A stretch of DNA of 63,782 nucleotides, counting the filler, from Reticulomyxa filosa (Eukaryota; Protista; Foraminifera): assembly GCA_000512085.1 (NCBI GenBank). It is 19 parts of 19 records of this genome, joined end to end, with 100 filler letters (N's around TTAATTAATTAA, not from the genome) between each part and the next. Parts side by side here need not be neighbours in the genome. Positions count along the whole stretch, not along the records: positions 37,109 to 38,602 come from ASPP01012626.1; positions 38,703 to 43,036 come from ASPP01026838.1; positions 43,137 to 44,363 come from ASPP01022728.1; positions 44,464 to 46,963 come from ASPP01001944.1; positions 47,064 to 48,305 come from ASPP01038533.1; positions 48,406 to 51,209 come from ASPP01020793.1; 13 more parts are not named here. One strand, given 5' to 3'. This document shows, piece by piece, positions 37,776-50,657 of this stretch. The position numbers and the translations under genes are program-made. Each line of letters begins with the position of its first letter. Positions within the stretch are counted from its first letter, which is position 1. The notes beneath the pieces were generated by a model. That model searched no databases and was not told where the DNA came from. It saw only the letters and a program-made list of their open reading frames with translations.

Positions 37776-39269
37776 AACTGTTTTAACTGTGTTTTTATAA
37801 TTCCAATGAGATAAAAAACTTAATGAGGAAAAATTCCTTTATGACAAGTGATGATTTCATTTCATTTATTACTCAAAAGCATTGATAAAGAGGATCAACA
37901 GGAATGTTTCATATTTGATTGTTGGACATTATAGACACAGATGAATTGTTTATTTTCAATTAAATATGTGTCAGCAATAAATGATACATTTTTTGTTTGG
38001 TCTAAAATATTTCTCTAAACATTTGCAGATTTCAATACAACTTCCTTGCCCACTCCCGAGAAATGCATCATTTTAATGCTCCAAAACACTTTTTTTTTTT
38101 CAATGACTTCTTTCATATCATACTTTATATTAAAATTTGGAAGAGTAAAAAAAAAAAGAGTCTATTATTTTTTGTTTGATGTATCCCGGGAAATGATGGA
38201 TCAAGTCAATCTTCGGGAGAAATTTGTTATTGTATTTCAGCGTAATAACCTGAAGCCACAGGTGCCATGGCGTCTGTTTAGTGAGTCTTGGAAGAAGACG
38301 TTTCATGAAGAAATAGATGTGGGAGTAATAGCGAAAGTGAACTTTGCCAAAGTGTGGGTGAGTTAGTTGAACTTTGTGTGTAATTATAATGTTATTTCTT
38401 TGAGCGATTAAAAAAAAAAAAAAAAAAAGTAAGTATATATGTACATGTACATACATATACATATACATATATAAAACAATGACAGCATAATCGAGTGGAA
38501 ATGGGATTAGATGTGAGTGCGATAATAATTCTTTGTTGATAATTTCTTTGAAGAGAGGATTGTAAACAAATAAACAAAAAAAAAAAAAAAAAAAAAAAAA
38601 AANNNNNNNNNNNNNNNNNNNNNNNNNNNNNNNNNNNNNNNNNNNNTTAATTAATTAANNNNNNNNNNNNNNNNNNNNNNNNNNNNNNNNNNNNNNNNNN
38701 NNAAAAAAAATCCTTTTTTTTTTAAGGCTAAAAAAGCCTGCTGAAGAAACCAAGAGAGTGGTTTACTTTCAAAATCCTGTCCAATTCCTTGCAATATAAA
38801 ATATTCATCAATAAATATATCATCAAATATAACAGAGATAATGATTGAAAGCGGTTGATCATGGACAAAAAAAAATGATAATGATATCCCAAGAAATATT
38901 TCAAATTTGGAGTTATAATCGGATTGGAAATACATCCATATATGAACGTAGAAGTTCATGCATTGTACAGGACGGACAATCCTAAATTATATTCAATGGA
39001 AGTGATGAAATTGGGTCATTAAAGTGATTTGCGAACATATTCATTCAACAAATTTTTGGAATGTAGATAAAGCAATTTAATTTCTAGTCTTTGAGAATTT
39101 GAATAATTTCATTTCCATGTCCACTTATTGAAACCACTGAAAGGAAGTTGAGATATTTATAATACACAATTGGGACAATAATACAAAGACAGCCACATAA
39201 AAATAACCAGGAAGAAACAACAAATAACCAGAATGCAAATGTATCCACAGGAAAAAAGATGTACAAATA

Positions 39270-39660
39270 AGAGAGCCACATGGAAAAAGAGCCAGGAACA
39301 CCTATACAAAGAGCCACAGGAACACCCATAAAAAGAGTCTCAGGAACAACAACGACGACGCGACGACGACGACGACGACGACGACGGCGATACGACGACA
39401 ACAACGGTAACGACGACGAGCCACAGAAACGACGGCGTCGACGGGCCACAGAAATGACGACGACGAGTCAAATGGACGATGGCGACGAACCAAAGGGATG
39501 ATGAGCCAAAGGGACAATGAGCCAAAGGGACGACGAGCAGCAAGAGCGAGTCGCATGGACAACGAGAAGCAATAACGAGCCCGCATGGAACGAGCAGCAA
39601 GAGCGAGCCACCACAAACGAGCCAGTAAAAATAGCCACACAAAACGAACAATAACCAAAG
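39270..39660 (+). repeat. Low-complexity array of GAGCCA/ACGAGC units and a (GAC)n microsatellite
   Basis: More than 10 GAGCC/GAGCA units interspersed with (CGA)n; GC-rich island in an AT-rich contig. Confidence 0.6.
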
Positions 39661-40102
39661 ATTAGCATGGAGCAAATCTATGTTAAAAATTATCACATAA
39701 AAAACAAATTAACAATCTATTTTTATTTCAATGCATTTTTTTTTTTTAATACCGTCGCTTTTTTTTTTTTTTGGATCAAAAAATAATCCATCATCGGCCA
39801 AACATAGATAAATATAACACGATCCCAAAAAAATAACATTGCAGGATACCATAACTATTCATTTATTTTATATCAATTTTTTGTAATAAATACAGTACTC
39901 CTTCTTTTTTTCAGCACAAATACACACTTTCTTCTTTTTTTACCTTACACAAAGTTGTAAATAGTAGGACAAATGCAAGAAGAATAAAAACTTAATAATT
40001 AGATAGAACAGTTAACAAAGTTTGTAATTACAAATAAAAAAGTCACTCCTAAAAAGTTTCCTTTTTTGTCGTCAGTACTTTTTTGTACCATTAAAAAAAA
40101 AA

Positions 40103-40398
40103 AAATCAAAATATCTTCATAATTAAGAGACCAAAGAAGAATATACTACTACTGGGCTTTTCTTTTTTTTCACTTTCTAATTTTTCCAAATCATGCAAAT
40201 TCATATTTTCGAAAATAAGTACAATCTTGTTTTGATTTTATTTTAGGATTCAAGTAAACGTTTCAGAACGCACACTCAGTTTAATTGATAGAACTTGCAA
40301 ATATTCTTCTTTGGTCTCTTAATTATGAAGATATTTTGATTTACACTCATCAAGTTTTTGTTTTGGATTGTATCAGTTTAATTGATAGAACTTGCAAA
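40103..40398. repeat. 42-bp perfect inverted repeat (40103-40144 / 40301-40342) interleaved with a 26-bp direct repeat (40276-40301 / 40373-40398)
   Basis: AAATCAAAATATCTTCATAATTAAGAGACCAAAGAAGAATAT and its exact reverse complement; TCAGTTTAATTGATAGAACTTGCAAA occurs twice. Confidence 0.85.
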
Positions 40399-40470
40399 AA
40401 ATATATTACTACAATAGTTTCATAAATAAATGAATATTCTAGTTTGATGTTGAATAATTCGTATACAAAT

Positions 40471-40709
40471 TGTAGGGCAAGACCCTAATAGTATAAAGGG
40501 AAGTTCTGCATAACTCAGGAAACTTCTTTTTTACAACAACTTACTTAATTACCTTTTCTTCCAACATCTTTTATTCTCTTTATTGTCGTTGTTGTTTATA
40601 TTCTTCTTTTATTTAAACTAATTTGTTTTTGAAAGATTGCTCAAAGAGCAACTAACTATTCGTATTACACTTAACATTTCAATCTAGACAAGCTAGTTAA
40701 ATTTCTACA
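40471..40709 (+). mobile_element. Solo-LTR-like element, copy 2 (239 bp, TSD AAAT)
   Basis: TGTAGGGCAAGACCCT...TTCGTATTACAC...TTTCTACA, with AAAT on both sides. Confidence 0.75.
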
Positions 40710-41477
40710 AAATATTAATTTAACATGAGACTTTCAAGGGAAAAATTTCTCTATTTTTTCATATACTCGAAACAATGATAAAAAAATTTCTCAAAAGTAA
40801 AGTATATCTTTGCACTTCGCGAAATAGAAAATGTCTTATTAAAAAAAAGCGGATGAAAATACATTGAAATAAATAAATGTTTTAAAATAAAGTTTTGATG
40901 AATGAAAAAGTTTCTTAAAAACGATCCAGTTCAATATTTTTCTGTCATCAATTTTTTGATTTACTATTTTCAAAGTTTAGCTAAATAATTTTTTTAATTT
41001 CCAGATTGCTAAAGAAGTCAGCTGCACAAAAGTAGTTGAAAATCTTTATAAAGACTATAATGTTATTAATTGATAAAATAGTTATTTGATCAAATGTGAT
41101 TTTGCATTTTTCTTAATGTATTAGTTTTTGTTCTTTGTTAATTGTCTTCTTTTAAGTAATCGATAATTCAGCAGCATGGATATCTTCTTTTTCATCACTT
41201 GGCATGAAGAATTTAGATTCTTTATTTGTACCTCTTGGGTTAATGTCAATATTGTCAGTGCTTTTTAGAAGAATTACATCACTTTTTTTTTTTTAATTTT
41301 ATGTGTTTGACATAAACAACACCGTTCAAGCTTATACATTTTTGCGTCCGCAAAAATAACTCTGAAAAACAATATTTTTGTTTTAATAATAAAATTAGCA
41401 TTTGAAAAAGAATCATAAACACATATTCATAGAATAATATGAAAAAAAAAAGCAAAAAACAATTCATCAAAATACAG

Positions 41478-41700
41478 TGTAGGGAAAGTCCCTATTATAA
41501 ATCCCCAACTACTAACGGAACGGTAGGACCTCCAGTGGGTTAAAACCCTCTTCTCAACACAACTCACTTTTCTCTCGTTGTACTTGTTTCTTTCATTTTA
41601 GTTGTTATTATTCTTTTTTAATTTACTTTCTTTTACTGAAGTTGTTCTTTTGGAACTAAGTTCCTTTCGTATTACACTTAGTCTTCTCACAAATCCCACA
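41478..41700 (+). mobile_element. Solo-LTR-like element, copy 3 (223 bp, TSD ACAG)
   Basis: TGTAGGGAAAGTCCCT-ATTATAAAT...GTGGGTTAAAACCC...TTCGTATTACAC...TCCCACA, with ACAG on both sides; collinear with 4550-4768. Confidence 0.82.
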
Positions 41701-42819
41701 ACAGTAATTATAAAAAAAAAAAATTGTCTGTGTTTATATATAAATTGCTATCTTGTAATTTGTTATTTGTTTTGACTTTTAGAAAATTTATTTTACAAAT
41801 ATATTTTTCGAAAACACAAAAATTAATCGTTATTTCTTTTAAAAATACTAACAGTTTTTTAACTTCAAACCAAAATTAAAGTTTACCAACGGTACATTTA
41901 AAACAAGAGACAAACTTAGCATTCCTAAAAAGACGCAATCACTAAAATTAATTCAGCAAAAAAAAGAAAATTTTACGTTAATACAGTACATTCACATACT
42001 TGTTCATGCTGGCAACTGGGTGACTCTTATCAAAATTCTTGATTTTGTGGACAAAGGAGAAGAACAAGTAATGCAATTCAAACTCTGGTTTTTTGATCCA
42101 AACTTGTTAATGCCGTCAAAAAAAAAAAGTGAGATTGGAGCAAGAGTCGATCATTTCCGCAAATATTTACTGTGATATGATATCACTTTGTCTAACGTCC
42201 ATATTTGCAATAATATAACTTCGTACATTTCTTCATTCAGCGCTCGCAAAGATTGATGTTTATGATTTGTGATTGTATTTCGAGAATTTATAGTAATGTC
42301 AATTCTCTCTTTGTTTCGATCGAGTCAATCATCCATCATTCAATGCTCCATTTAAAAAAAAAAAATATACACATTGCATATGCAGACTATTTGTCAGTTG
42401 ATGCTTCGCCAAGTCACGGATTGATTGGCATGCGGATTTTGTATATGTAGATATATCTTGCACAATTTTGATCTGCGACGAACTGGAGTCGATGATTATT
42501 TACATTTCGGCCACACACATACATACGTTTCATCGCCTTCATTTGTGCTTGCAGTTTCATTAAGCGCAACAACGCTTGTAAGTATATACTTGTCTCTTTC
42601 ATTGTTGTCAACTGCGTGCACTTTGAACGGATATCATACAACGGATGACAAAAGTCGCCCCTCACTCGGGTTATATATCATTGTAAGATTAATATTCGTT
42701 CGCGTACTCCTTTCAAACTCTCTTTCAAATGCATATTCTCATCAATTTTCTTCACTGTGTTTTCCAATATCTTCAATGACTTCAACTCTGCTATTATTAT
42801 ACCAATCCTTGTTCGCTAG

Positions 42820-43036
42820 TGTGGGAGTATGCTGCCGATGAAATATTACACTAAATGTAATACGAAAGGTTAATTAGCTCTATCAACGAAAAAAAGATTA
42901 AATAAAGAAAAGTAAAAACAAATGTGTAGAAATGATTACATCAAAACATCAGATTAAAAACGAGAAACAGAAAACACTGGTGAGTGAAAAAGGTTAGGAA
43001 AAGTTTAACCCACCGGGAGCTCATCGGCCCCTTTAA
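42820..43036 (-). mobile_element. Solo-LTR-like element, copy 4 (other end lost at contig break)
   Basis: Reverse complement contains GGTGGGTTAAAC and CCTTTCGTATTACA and ends ..CTCCCACA. Confidence 0.65.
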
Positions 43037-43469
43037 NNNNNNNNNNNNNNNNNNNNNNNNNNNNNNNNNNNNNNNNNNNNTTAATTAATTAANNNNNNNN
43101 NNNNNNNNNNNNNNNNNNNNNNNNNNNNNNNNNNNNAAAAGAAATACTGTTGTCTCAGAACTATATATTTTCTGTATCCCAATACAAATAGGAATTTAAA
43201 TACAATTTTTAATAAACACAAAAAAAAAAAAAACTTGTCAAATCCAAAAAAGATATTTCAAGTATTTTTTTTAGAAAAAAATTCAATGTACAAAATTTAA
43301 ACTTAGAAATATATTTTAGTCCAATGGTTCTTCTTTCCAAAACGCTAGTTGGTAGGGTTGTGTGAAGTTTGGTATTGGAGTAATGTAAGAAATGATGATA
43401 ATATTGGTAGAAATTTAACGGGAACTTTGAATGAAATTGCCAGAAGATATTATAAAAATTTTCAGAAAA

Positions 43470-43820
43470 AAAATTGAATTAAATTGAATTAAAATTAATA
43501 TTGCTTGAAATTAAATTGCTTGAAATTAGATTGCTGTAATTGAATTGCTTGAAATTAAATTGCTGTGATTAAGATAATGTAATTGAACTGCTTTGATTGG
43601 ATTGCTGTGATTGAATTGCTATAATTAAGTTGCTGTAATTAAGTTATTGTCATCCAATTGCTGTAATTAAAATGCTGTGATCAAGCCTGTAATTAAGTTG
43701 CTGTAATTAAGTTGATGTAATTTGATGTAATCAAGTTGCTATAATCAAACTGCTATGATCAAGTTGCTGTTTTGAATTGCTGTAATTGGATGCTAAAGTT
43801 GTTGCTATAGTCAAACTGTT
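43470..43820 (+). repeat. Degenerate 14-15 bp minisatellite (AATTAAGTTGCTGT-like)
   Basis: Roughly 20 imperfect tandem copies of TTGCTGTAATTAAG / TTGCTTGAAATTAAA. Confidence 0.85.
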
Positions 43821-44463
43821 TAAAGTTGAATTTTTTATTTGTTGAATTATATGTGTTAGGTTATTTAACTAGGGTTGCAGTGGTTATTGTGTGAGATGAC
43901 TGGATCGGTGGCAATACTACTAAGGGCATTAATAACATAAGAAATTAGAGGAATCGAATGATATTTTATAATTCCAACAGCAGCATTTCCATAACTTTCT
44001 ATTTTTGAGGCCTATTTAATCATATTTAGAACGAACACAAATATATACACAAGTACAAATACAAAACACAAATACATACAAATAAATAGACAAAACAAAC
44101 AAATCTTGTTTAATTTGAGTTATTATATTTAAAAATAAAATAGAAATATAAAAAAAAACAAACACTTAAATGGTTTTATCTTATGATTTCCACAATTCAA
44201 TATACCATAATCCATGAAAATACCATTCTATCCTCTATTTCTTTGTTATAATGCCCCTTTCATAATTTTTTCACCAGAATTTCACAAATGTGTTTGCAAT
44301 ATATTGGTCTATCATCCCAAATTGGTTTGGTCATTTTACGTTTTCTTACTTATTTTAATGTTGNNNNNNNNNNNNNNNNNNNNNNNNNNNNNNNNNNNNN
44401 NNNNNNNTTAATTAATTAANNNNNNNNNNNNNNNNNNNNNNNNNNNNNNNNNNNNNNNNNNNN

Positions 44464-45371
44464 GTGTATGGGATGTTGATAATAACAAACAAATTCAATC
44501 ATTCAATAGACATTCAAATTCTGTGAATTGTGTAAAATTTTCATCATATTATTATCATAATCATCATCGACATGTCATTTGTTCTTCATCAGATGACAAA
44601 ACCATTCGTTTTTGGGATTTCAAACATAATAAACAATTACGAATATTCCATGGACACACTAATGGTGTTTATGGAATTGAATTTTCACAATTTAATGGTG
44701 GTAGATATTTGTCTGGATCTGTTAACAAAACTATTCGTTTATGGGATGTTGAAACATCAAAATCATTACATGTTTTCAATGGACATGAAAGTTATGTTTC
44801 GTGTGTTGATATTTCACCATTACAAAACAATATTAATAATAATAAAATGAATAATATTGGTGTGATTGGTGGAAATGGATATACAATTTGTTCTGGATCA
44901 GATGATAATACAATTCGATTATGGGATATTGAAACAACAAAACAATTGAATGTATTTGAAGGACATGACAGTTATTTGTCGAGCGTAAAATATGGATCAA
45001 ATGAATTAATGAATACAATATTATCTGGATCAGATGATGACAGTATTCGTTTATGGGATATTCGATCTGGTAAACAGATTCAAGTATTCAATGGACATGA
45101 AAATACTGTGAATGCTGTTGAATATTCACCATTTGTAATAAAGAATAGTATTGGTAATTCAAATGTGATATGTTCTGGATCATTTGATAATACAATTCAA
45201 TTTTGGGATATTCGATCAAATAAGAATCAATTGTATATAATTGAAGAAGATGATGGAACATTATGTCTTAAATTTATTATATTGAAAAAGAAAAAGAAGA
45301 CAAATAATGTTACATATGATTTAAATTTGTGTTATGGTTCATACAAAGGTCCCATTCATATTTGGGGATAA
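44464..45371 (+). CDS. WD40-repeat protein of the expanded family, 3' part
   Basis: Repeated GH...ICSGSxDxTIRLWD(I/V)ET/RS units, GGNGYTICSGS, C-terminal LNLCYGSYKGPIHIWG*. Confidence 0.9.
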
Positions 45372-46814
45372 TTTACTTTTTGTCGAATAATAAATGAAGT
45401 TATTTTTTTTTGAAATGTTTAATTAAAAGAAAAGTAAGATGATATTAAACTTGTTTGATTTGATTGAATGCAAGCATTGAAAAATTTGTTTTATCTTACT
45501 TTGTGTTTAAAAAATTCCAAATACGAAAAAACTAGTAATAATTTTGTCGCAATTTGGTGAGCAATAAAGAAAATGTACTGCTATGTTTCTTACTTTTCTT
45601 TGTCAGTCAAACGTATGAAAGAAACTAATTTTTGATTTATTTGTATTTACAACAAGTATTCAAGGTATATTACAAAATTTTATTTATAAATGTAATACAC
45701 TGAAATTTTTTAAATCTTTCCGAAGAATGCATCCACCAATTGTGTTTTTTTTTCCTAAAAGAAAATTCTACATGACTGTTTTTGGCGTAACATGTTATAT
45801 ATTGATTTCATTCAGATAAAATGATAAATATAACATAATTTCATTTTTACAAACAAATGAATTGTGCAAAGGTCAATTTGCATAATTCTAATAGGTTTGA
45901 ACATTTTCAATTTTTCAAAAAAAATTGTGTTTAGAAAATAAAATCATGAACTCGATATTATTCAGGCAAAAATATTTTCCAACAATAACAAAAATCTCAT
46001 ACAGTCTGCTTCCTTAAAGAGAAAAAAAATGAAAAGATTTGAATTACAACAAATCTCAATCGATCAAAAAAAGCCACAGATGCAATGTGGTATAAAAAAA
46101 GTTATTTTTTGTCTTGGGGTTTTGAGAAGACAAATGAATATTGCAAAAAAAAGTTTTTTTTAAATTGAAAAAGCTATCAAGAATTTTTTTATATATTAAA
46201 AAAACTTAATTTCGGATTTGTATGCGTTTCTACAATTTCTCGAAGCTATTTTAAGTATTATTTACTTATTTTTGATGAAACATGATATTATTCGTGTTTT
46301 TTGTGTATCTATTTGGGCTAGACGCATTAAAATTATTTAAATAAAGAAATATATATGTATATATGTATTGTGAGACTTCTGAAAATGGACTACTTGACAT
46401 ATTATAGTTGATCTTTTTTTTTGTAATGATGTTTATTAGTTTGTAATGTACAATCAATGCATATTTGTGTGGTTATTTCAATTTCTCTTCTCTCTATTAG
46501 ATTCTCTTGTATCACTATTTCCATACGGCATACTCCTTAAAGATGATTTGGTTTGTAAACTGTTCTTCGTTTTGAAGAAAGACAGTGGGAAAGATAAAGA
46601 GAGATTTCCAATTCTTCTTCCATAGTCTGAAGGAGCTAATTATTTTTATAACGTTCTAATAACTTTTTTTTATTTTCAAATTTTTTTTTTTCATAAAATC
46701 CATTGTTCATGTTGCCAAAATATTTTTGAAAACCACTTTCATTACCCCTCGAAAAAAAAAGTTAAATATAATCCATTTTACATTATCAAAAGCGGTCTTA
46801 AGCAAAAAAGCAAA

Positions 46815-46963
46815 ATGACAACTCTTAACAATGAGAAGCAAACTTCAATACAACTAGTTTTGGTAAGCTTTAGTACAAGTCTATTGTCTTTTTCATTCTT
46901 TTATTTATTGTATATAATTTGTAATTCAAATAGTCTGAAGAAAAAAATATTTAAATAATCATA
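46815..46963 (+). pseudogene. 5' exons of another WD40-family copy
   Basis: MTTLNNEKQTSIQLVL|gtaag followed by ag|SEEKNI*II; same layout as 18838-19060, with a stop. Confidence 0.5.
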
Positions 46964-47063
46964 NNNNNNNNNNNNNNNNNNNNNNNNNNNNNNNNNNNNN
47001 NNNNNNNTTAATTAATTAANNNNNNNNNNNNNNNNNNNNNNNNNNNNNNNNNNNNNNNNNNNN

Positions 47064-48300
47064 CCAAGAAAAGAGGTGGAAGATAAGATATGCTTTGGTT
47101 TTCAATGCAAATATCGCAATTGGCTCAAAGTGAAGGTGAAACTATTGCAAAATATACACGCAAATGCAAATGCAAATACAATAATAACAAATGTATCAAA
47201 CGACAATAATTTGACAATGAGCGGCGGCGACAAATTGTTTATCAATTTTTTGAAAAGCACTTATACTAAACCACTATATGTCAAAGATAAAATAATGGAG
47301 CCTGTTAATGTCCAAGTTTTGTTGCAATCTCTGACACCTATGTGATTGTGAATAGATTTTCGTTGTTCCAAAAATTGGTGACTTTACTCACTCTAAATAA
47401 ACAAATTTTTTTTTTAAAAAAATTTGTTTATTTAAACTTTTTTTGTTCTTTTTTTTTCTTTTTTGCTATGTTGTTATTACAACGTATACATCTTTTGTTT
47501 TGCTTGGAAATGACCAAGATGTGATAGAGACCAACACAATATACAAATACGAAAAATGTTCAGTATTATTTATATTGAGCAGAAAAACGTCGTCGAATTG
47601 GATAAGTGTAATTGATATTAGAACACACACACACAAATATCTCATTTCAACGTTCGAGCGTATGCCGACCCATGTAATACACTACCATGTCGTCGATCGC
47701 ATTTGGACCATTGTGGAGGGAAACTAAAAAAAGAAACACCTCTGACAAGTATATGGGAAATGAATGGTCCAGATAGACGGCAATGGAAAATCAAGAGAAA
47801 CATATGGATCGAGTTGTTGGCGACTGAAACACGCCCTTTGCATGGTGTTGGTGCACTTGGCAAAGATAATACCAAAAAAATAAATTGACATAGCCGTCGA
47901 GAGGACAGATTGAAAAGAAATCAAAGCGCTTGTCACCAGAACTGTACGGACAACTTACACAATAATATGGACATCTCTGTTCCTCACAATGTTGATATGA
48001 AACTTTGGTCAATGCGTTGAAACAATGCCTTTCCGTATGGATCGTTAAGTGAGCAGACTGATGATATTTGGTAAATCTCGGCACACGACAATAGCATGCG
48101 TAGGGAGTGTCTTATTCACTGTCATAGCTCCTTCACACCATTGCAATACACCGATAGAGTCCGCTATACTTTGATGCAATCAGGCATGCTTCTCGCTAAC
48201 AACGTGTCCCACTTACATTACCAACAAATATTGGTGATGATGAGTTTGATTAATTGCGCATTGAATTAGGTCAATATCGATCAGTTGTCCATAATATTTT
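47064..48300 (+). pseudogene. Decayed coding-like sequence, family not recognised
   Basis: Short consecutive plus-strand ORFs broken by stops, with moderately raised GC. Confidence 0.3.
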
Positions 48301-48405
48301 TTTTTNNNNNNNNNNNNNNNNNNNNNNNNNNNNNNNNNNNNNNNNNNNNTTAATTAATTAANNNNNNNNNNNNNNNNNNNNNNNNNNNNNNNNNNNNNNN
48401 NNNNN

Positions 48406-49152
48406 CAGACCGAAGCGACCGAACGCATCAGCACGGCCACCGAACAGTTCAGCCAGCAGGTAGGTGCTGCGGCAGGCCAGGCACGACAAGCACGCAAGCA
48501 AAGTGATGAGGCCACCATCAGTGCAGCGAGCGGCCAGCAAGTGATTGCCGATGCCGTGGCCAGACTGGACGAAATCGGCACCCTGGTTGGCGACACGCAA
48601 GCCAGTATCGACGAGCTGGTCACACGGCTGGACAGCATCAGCGCCGTGATCGGAGTGATCCGTGATGTAGCCGACCAGACCAACCTGCTGGCGCTGAATG
48701 CGGCTATCGAGGCGGCGCGTGCTGGCGAGCAAGGGCGTGGCTTTGCCGTGGTGGCCGACGAAGTACGCAAGCTCGCCGAGCGGACCAGCCAGGCCACCGG
48801 TGAAATCACCCACACCATCGGCAGCATTCAGGTTAACAGCCAGCAGGCCAAGCAGCGCATGGACGAAATGGTACTGCAGCTGCACGGTGGCATTGCCCAG
48901 GCGCAAGATGGTGGCCAGGCGGTCAGCGTCATCCGGCAGGGCACCGAGTCGGTTTGCCGCGGCATGCAGACAGTCGAGCAGCTGTTGCAACAGCAGGCGG
49001 ATAACAGCCAGGCCATCCGTCACGATCTGCGCGAGGTGGCCAGCATTGCGGTATCTACCCGCGCTGCGTCGGAACAGACCGTGCAGATGGCGCATGCCAT
49101 CAGCGACGCGGCTGATGAGTTGGCGGAGCTATCTGGTCGCTTCCGCTTATAA
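48406..49152 (+). CDS. Bacterial methyl-accepting chemotaxis protein, C-terminal signalling domain (5' truncated)
   Basis: [43 protein letters not shown] hairpin signature; ends GRFRL*. Confidence 0.96.
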   Translation, partial: QTEATERISTATEQFSQQVGAAAGQARQARKQSDEATISAASGQQVIADAVARLDEIGTLVGDTQASIDELVTRLDSISAVIGVIRDVADQTNLLALNAAIEAARAGEQGRGFAVVADEVRKLAERTSQATGEITHTIGSIQVNSQQAKQRMDEMVLQLHGGIAQAQDGGQAVSVIRQGTESVCRGMQTVEQLLQQQADNSQAIRHDLREVASIAVSTRAASEQTVQMAHAISDAADELAELSGRFRL

Positions 49153-49248
49153 GTGTGCCGCAGCGCTAGCATGCGGCCTTGGTTTGATCTGACACAGCAT
49201 ACCGGGTAGTCGGCTATTTACGTATCAGCCATCTCTATTGATACTGCT

Positions 49249-50016
49249 ATGGATCCGATTCTGATGCTGGAGATGCCCGTGCCGCGATGCCTGTTCGCCC
49301 TGTTGTGCTGCTGCCTGAGTTTGCCACTGCTGGCGAGCGAGCAGCTCACTTTGGTGGCAGAAGACGACTGGGCGCCGTACGCATCGGTACAGCATGGTCA
49401 AGCCTACGGCATGGCGGTGGATATCGTTCGGGCCGCCTACCTGGCGGTGGGGGTGACAGTCCGCTTTCGCAGCATGCCCTACGCCCGCTGCATGAAGCTG
49501 GTGGAGGTTGGCCGCGAAGTGGGCTGTTTCAACAGCCTGAAAGACAGCACCACGCTGCAGCACTTCGCGTTTGGCAAACAGCCGCTCTTTACCGCTACCA
49601 TCGCCATTTACAGCCACCAGCCCGAGAGCGGGATAACCGTGGCCGGGCTGGCCGGCAAGCGCGTGGGTTTGACCAACGGTTACACCTACGGCAGCGAGGT
49701 AGAGCAGGACAGCCGCATGCTGAAAGACAAGGCGGTGTCCGATCTGGCCAGCTTGCGCAAACTGGTGGCCGGCAGGTTGGACTACGCGCTGGTGTATACC
49801 CGCGTTGCCGACCAGTTACAGCGCGAGTACGGCCACGAGTTGTCCGGTCGCTTGTTCCGGGTGGGTACCGTCATCGAAAACCCGCTGTTTGTCAGTTTTT
49901 CCCGCCACAACCTGCGCAGTGAATCGGCTCGGTTCCAACTGGACCGTGGCTTGCAGCGCTTGCAGCAAAGTGGTCAATACCAGCAGATCCTGCAGCAATG
50001 GCACGCCGCGCCGTAA
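49249..50016 (+). CDS. Bacterial periplasmic substrate-binding protein (family 3 / ABC amino-acid type)
   Basis: Signal peptide, EDDWAPY, GMAVDIVRAAY, MPYARC, GYTYG, KLVAGRLD, SGQYQQILQQW; start may be 49273. Confidence 0.88.
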   Translation: MDPILMLEMPVPRCLFALLCCCLSLPLLASEQLTLVAEDDWAPYASVQHGQAYGMAVDIVRAAYLAVGVTVRFRSMPYARCMKLVEVGREVGCFNSLKDSTTLQHFAFGKQPLFTATIAIYSHQPESGITVAGLAGKRVGLTNGYTYGSEVEQDSRMLKDKAVSDLASLRKLVAGRLDYALVYTRVADQLQREYGHELSGRLFRVGTVIENPLFVSFSRHNLRSESARFQLDRGLQRLQQSGQYQQILQQWHAAP

Positions 50017-50156
50017 GGCGCTAGCGACGTAACACGCGTCGCTTAAGCTTTTGCCAGATCCAGCGTGCCGCCACGCCGGCAACCATCAACAGCAGCCGTT
50101 TGCGCACAGACATCAACGGCCTCCTGGCATGCTGGCGTAGACGTACTGCTAGCCCG

Positions 50157-50546
50157 TCAGCCCGGAAACGCCACCACCTGATAGGGTTGGCTGACCGGTG
50201 CCTCCATACCCGGGCTGCCGGCCGGCATGCCGGCGACGGCCAGGCCGCGAATGGCCGGCTTCTCTTTCAGCAGCCGTTTCACCACCTTTGCCGGCACGTG
50301 TCCTTCGATCACGTATCCGCCCACCCGCGCCGTATGGCAGCTTTGCAATGTGCCCGGTACCCCCCATTGCTGCTTCACCCGCGCCATGTCTTGCTGCTCG
50401 GTGGTTTGCAGTGTGATGCCATTGGCTTGCATGTGGGCGGCCCACTTGTGGCAGCAGCCGCAGGACGGGTTATGGAACATTTGGCCACTCGTGGCCGCCA
50501 GGGCCGGGCCGCTGAGGCTGGCAAGCAATAACACAAGGGAACGCAT
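50157..50546 (-). CDS. Bacterial DUF411 (CopG-like) periplasmic metal-binding protein; 3' end probably frameshifted
   Basis: Signal peptide, PSCGCCHKWAAHM, SCHTA..GGYVIEGHVPA, GLAVAGMPAGSPGME. Confidence 0.9.
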   Translation of the reverse strand: MRSLVLLLASLSGPALAATSGQMFHNPSCGCCHKWAAHMQANGITLQTTEQQDMARVKQQWGVPGTLQSCHTARVGGYVIEGHVPAKVVKRLLKEKPAIRGLAVAGMPAGSPGMEAPVSQPYQVVAFPG

Positions 50547-50657
50547 GGTCGGGGCTCCGGAACGGTGATGGCGATGTGAGTGCCCGCCATGCCGCGAGTT
50601 CCCGCCCGATTCATGCGATACTTGCTGTTTTTTGCTGAGTTCGGCAGGCAAGGACGC

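Noticed and set aside
43470-43820. Tandem array as a CRISPR array or pentapeptide-coding gene
   Set aside because: No unique spacers, mixed 14/15-bp units break the frame, and the context is eukaryotic.
50110-50175. Apparent truncation of DUF411 (…VVAFPG*) as real pseudogenisation
   Set aside because: Removing one T in TTTCCGG restores FRADG, and a YAS-like ending follows in another frame; this fits homopolymer errors in a low-coverage contig.
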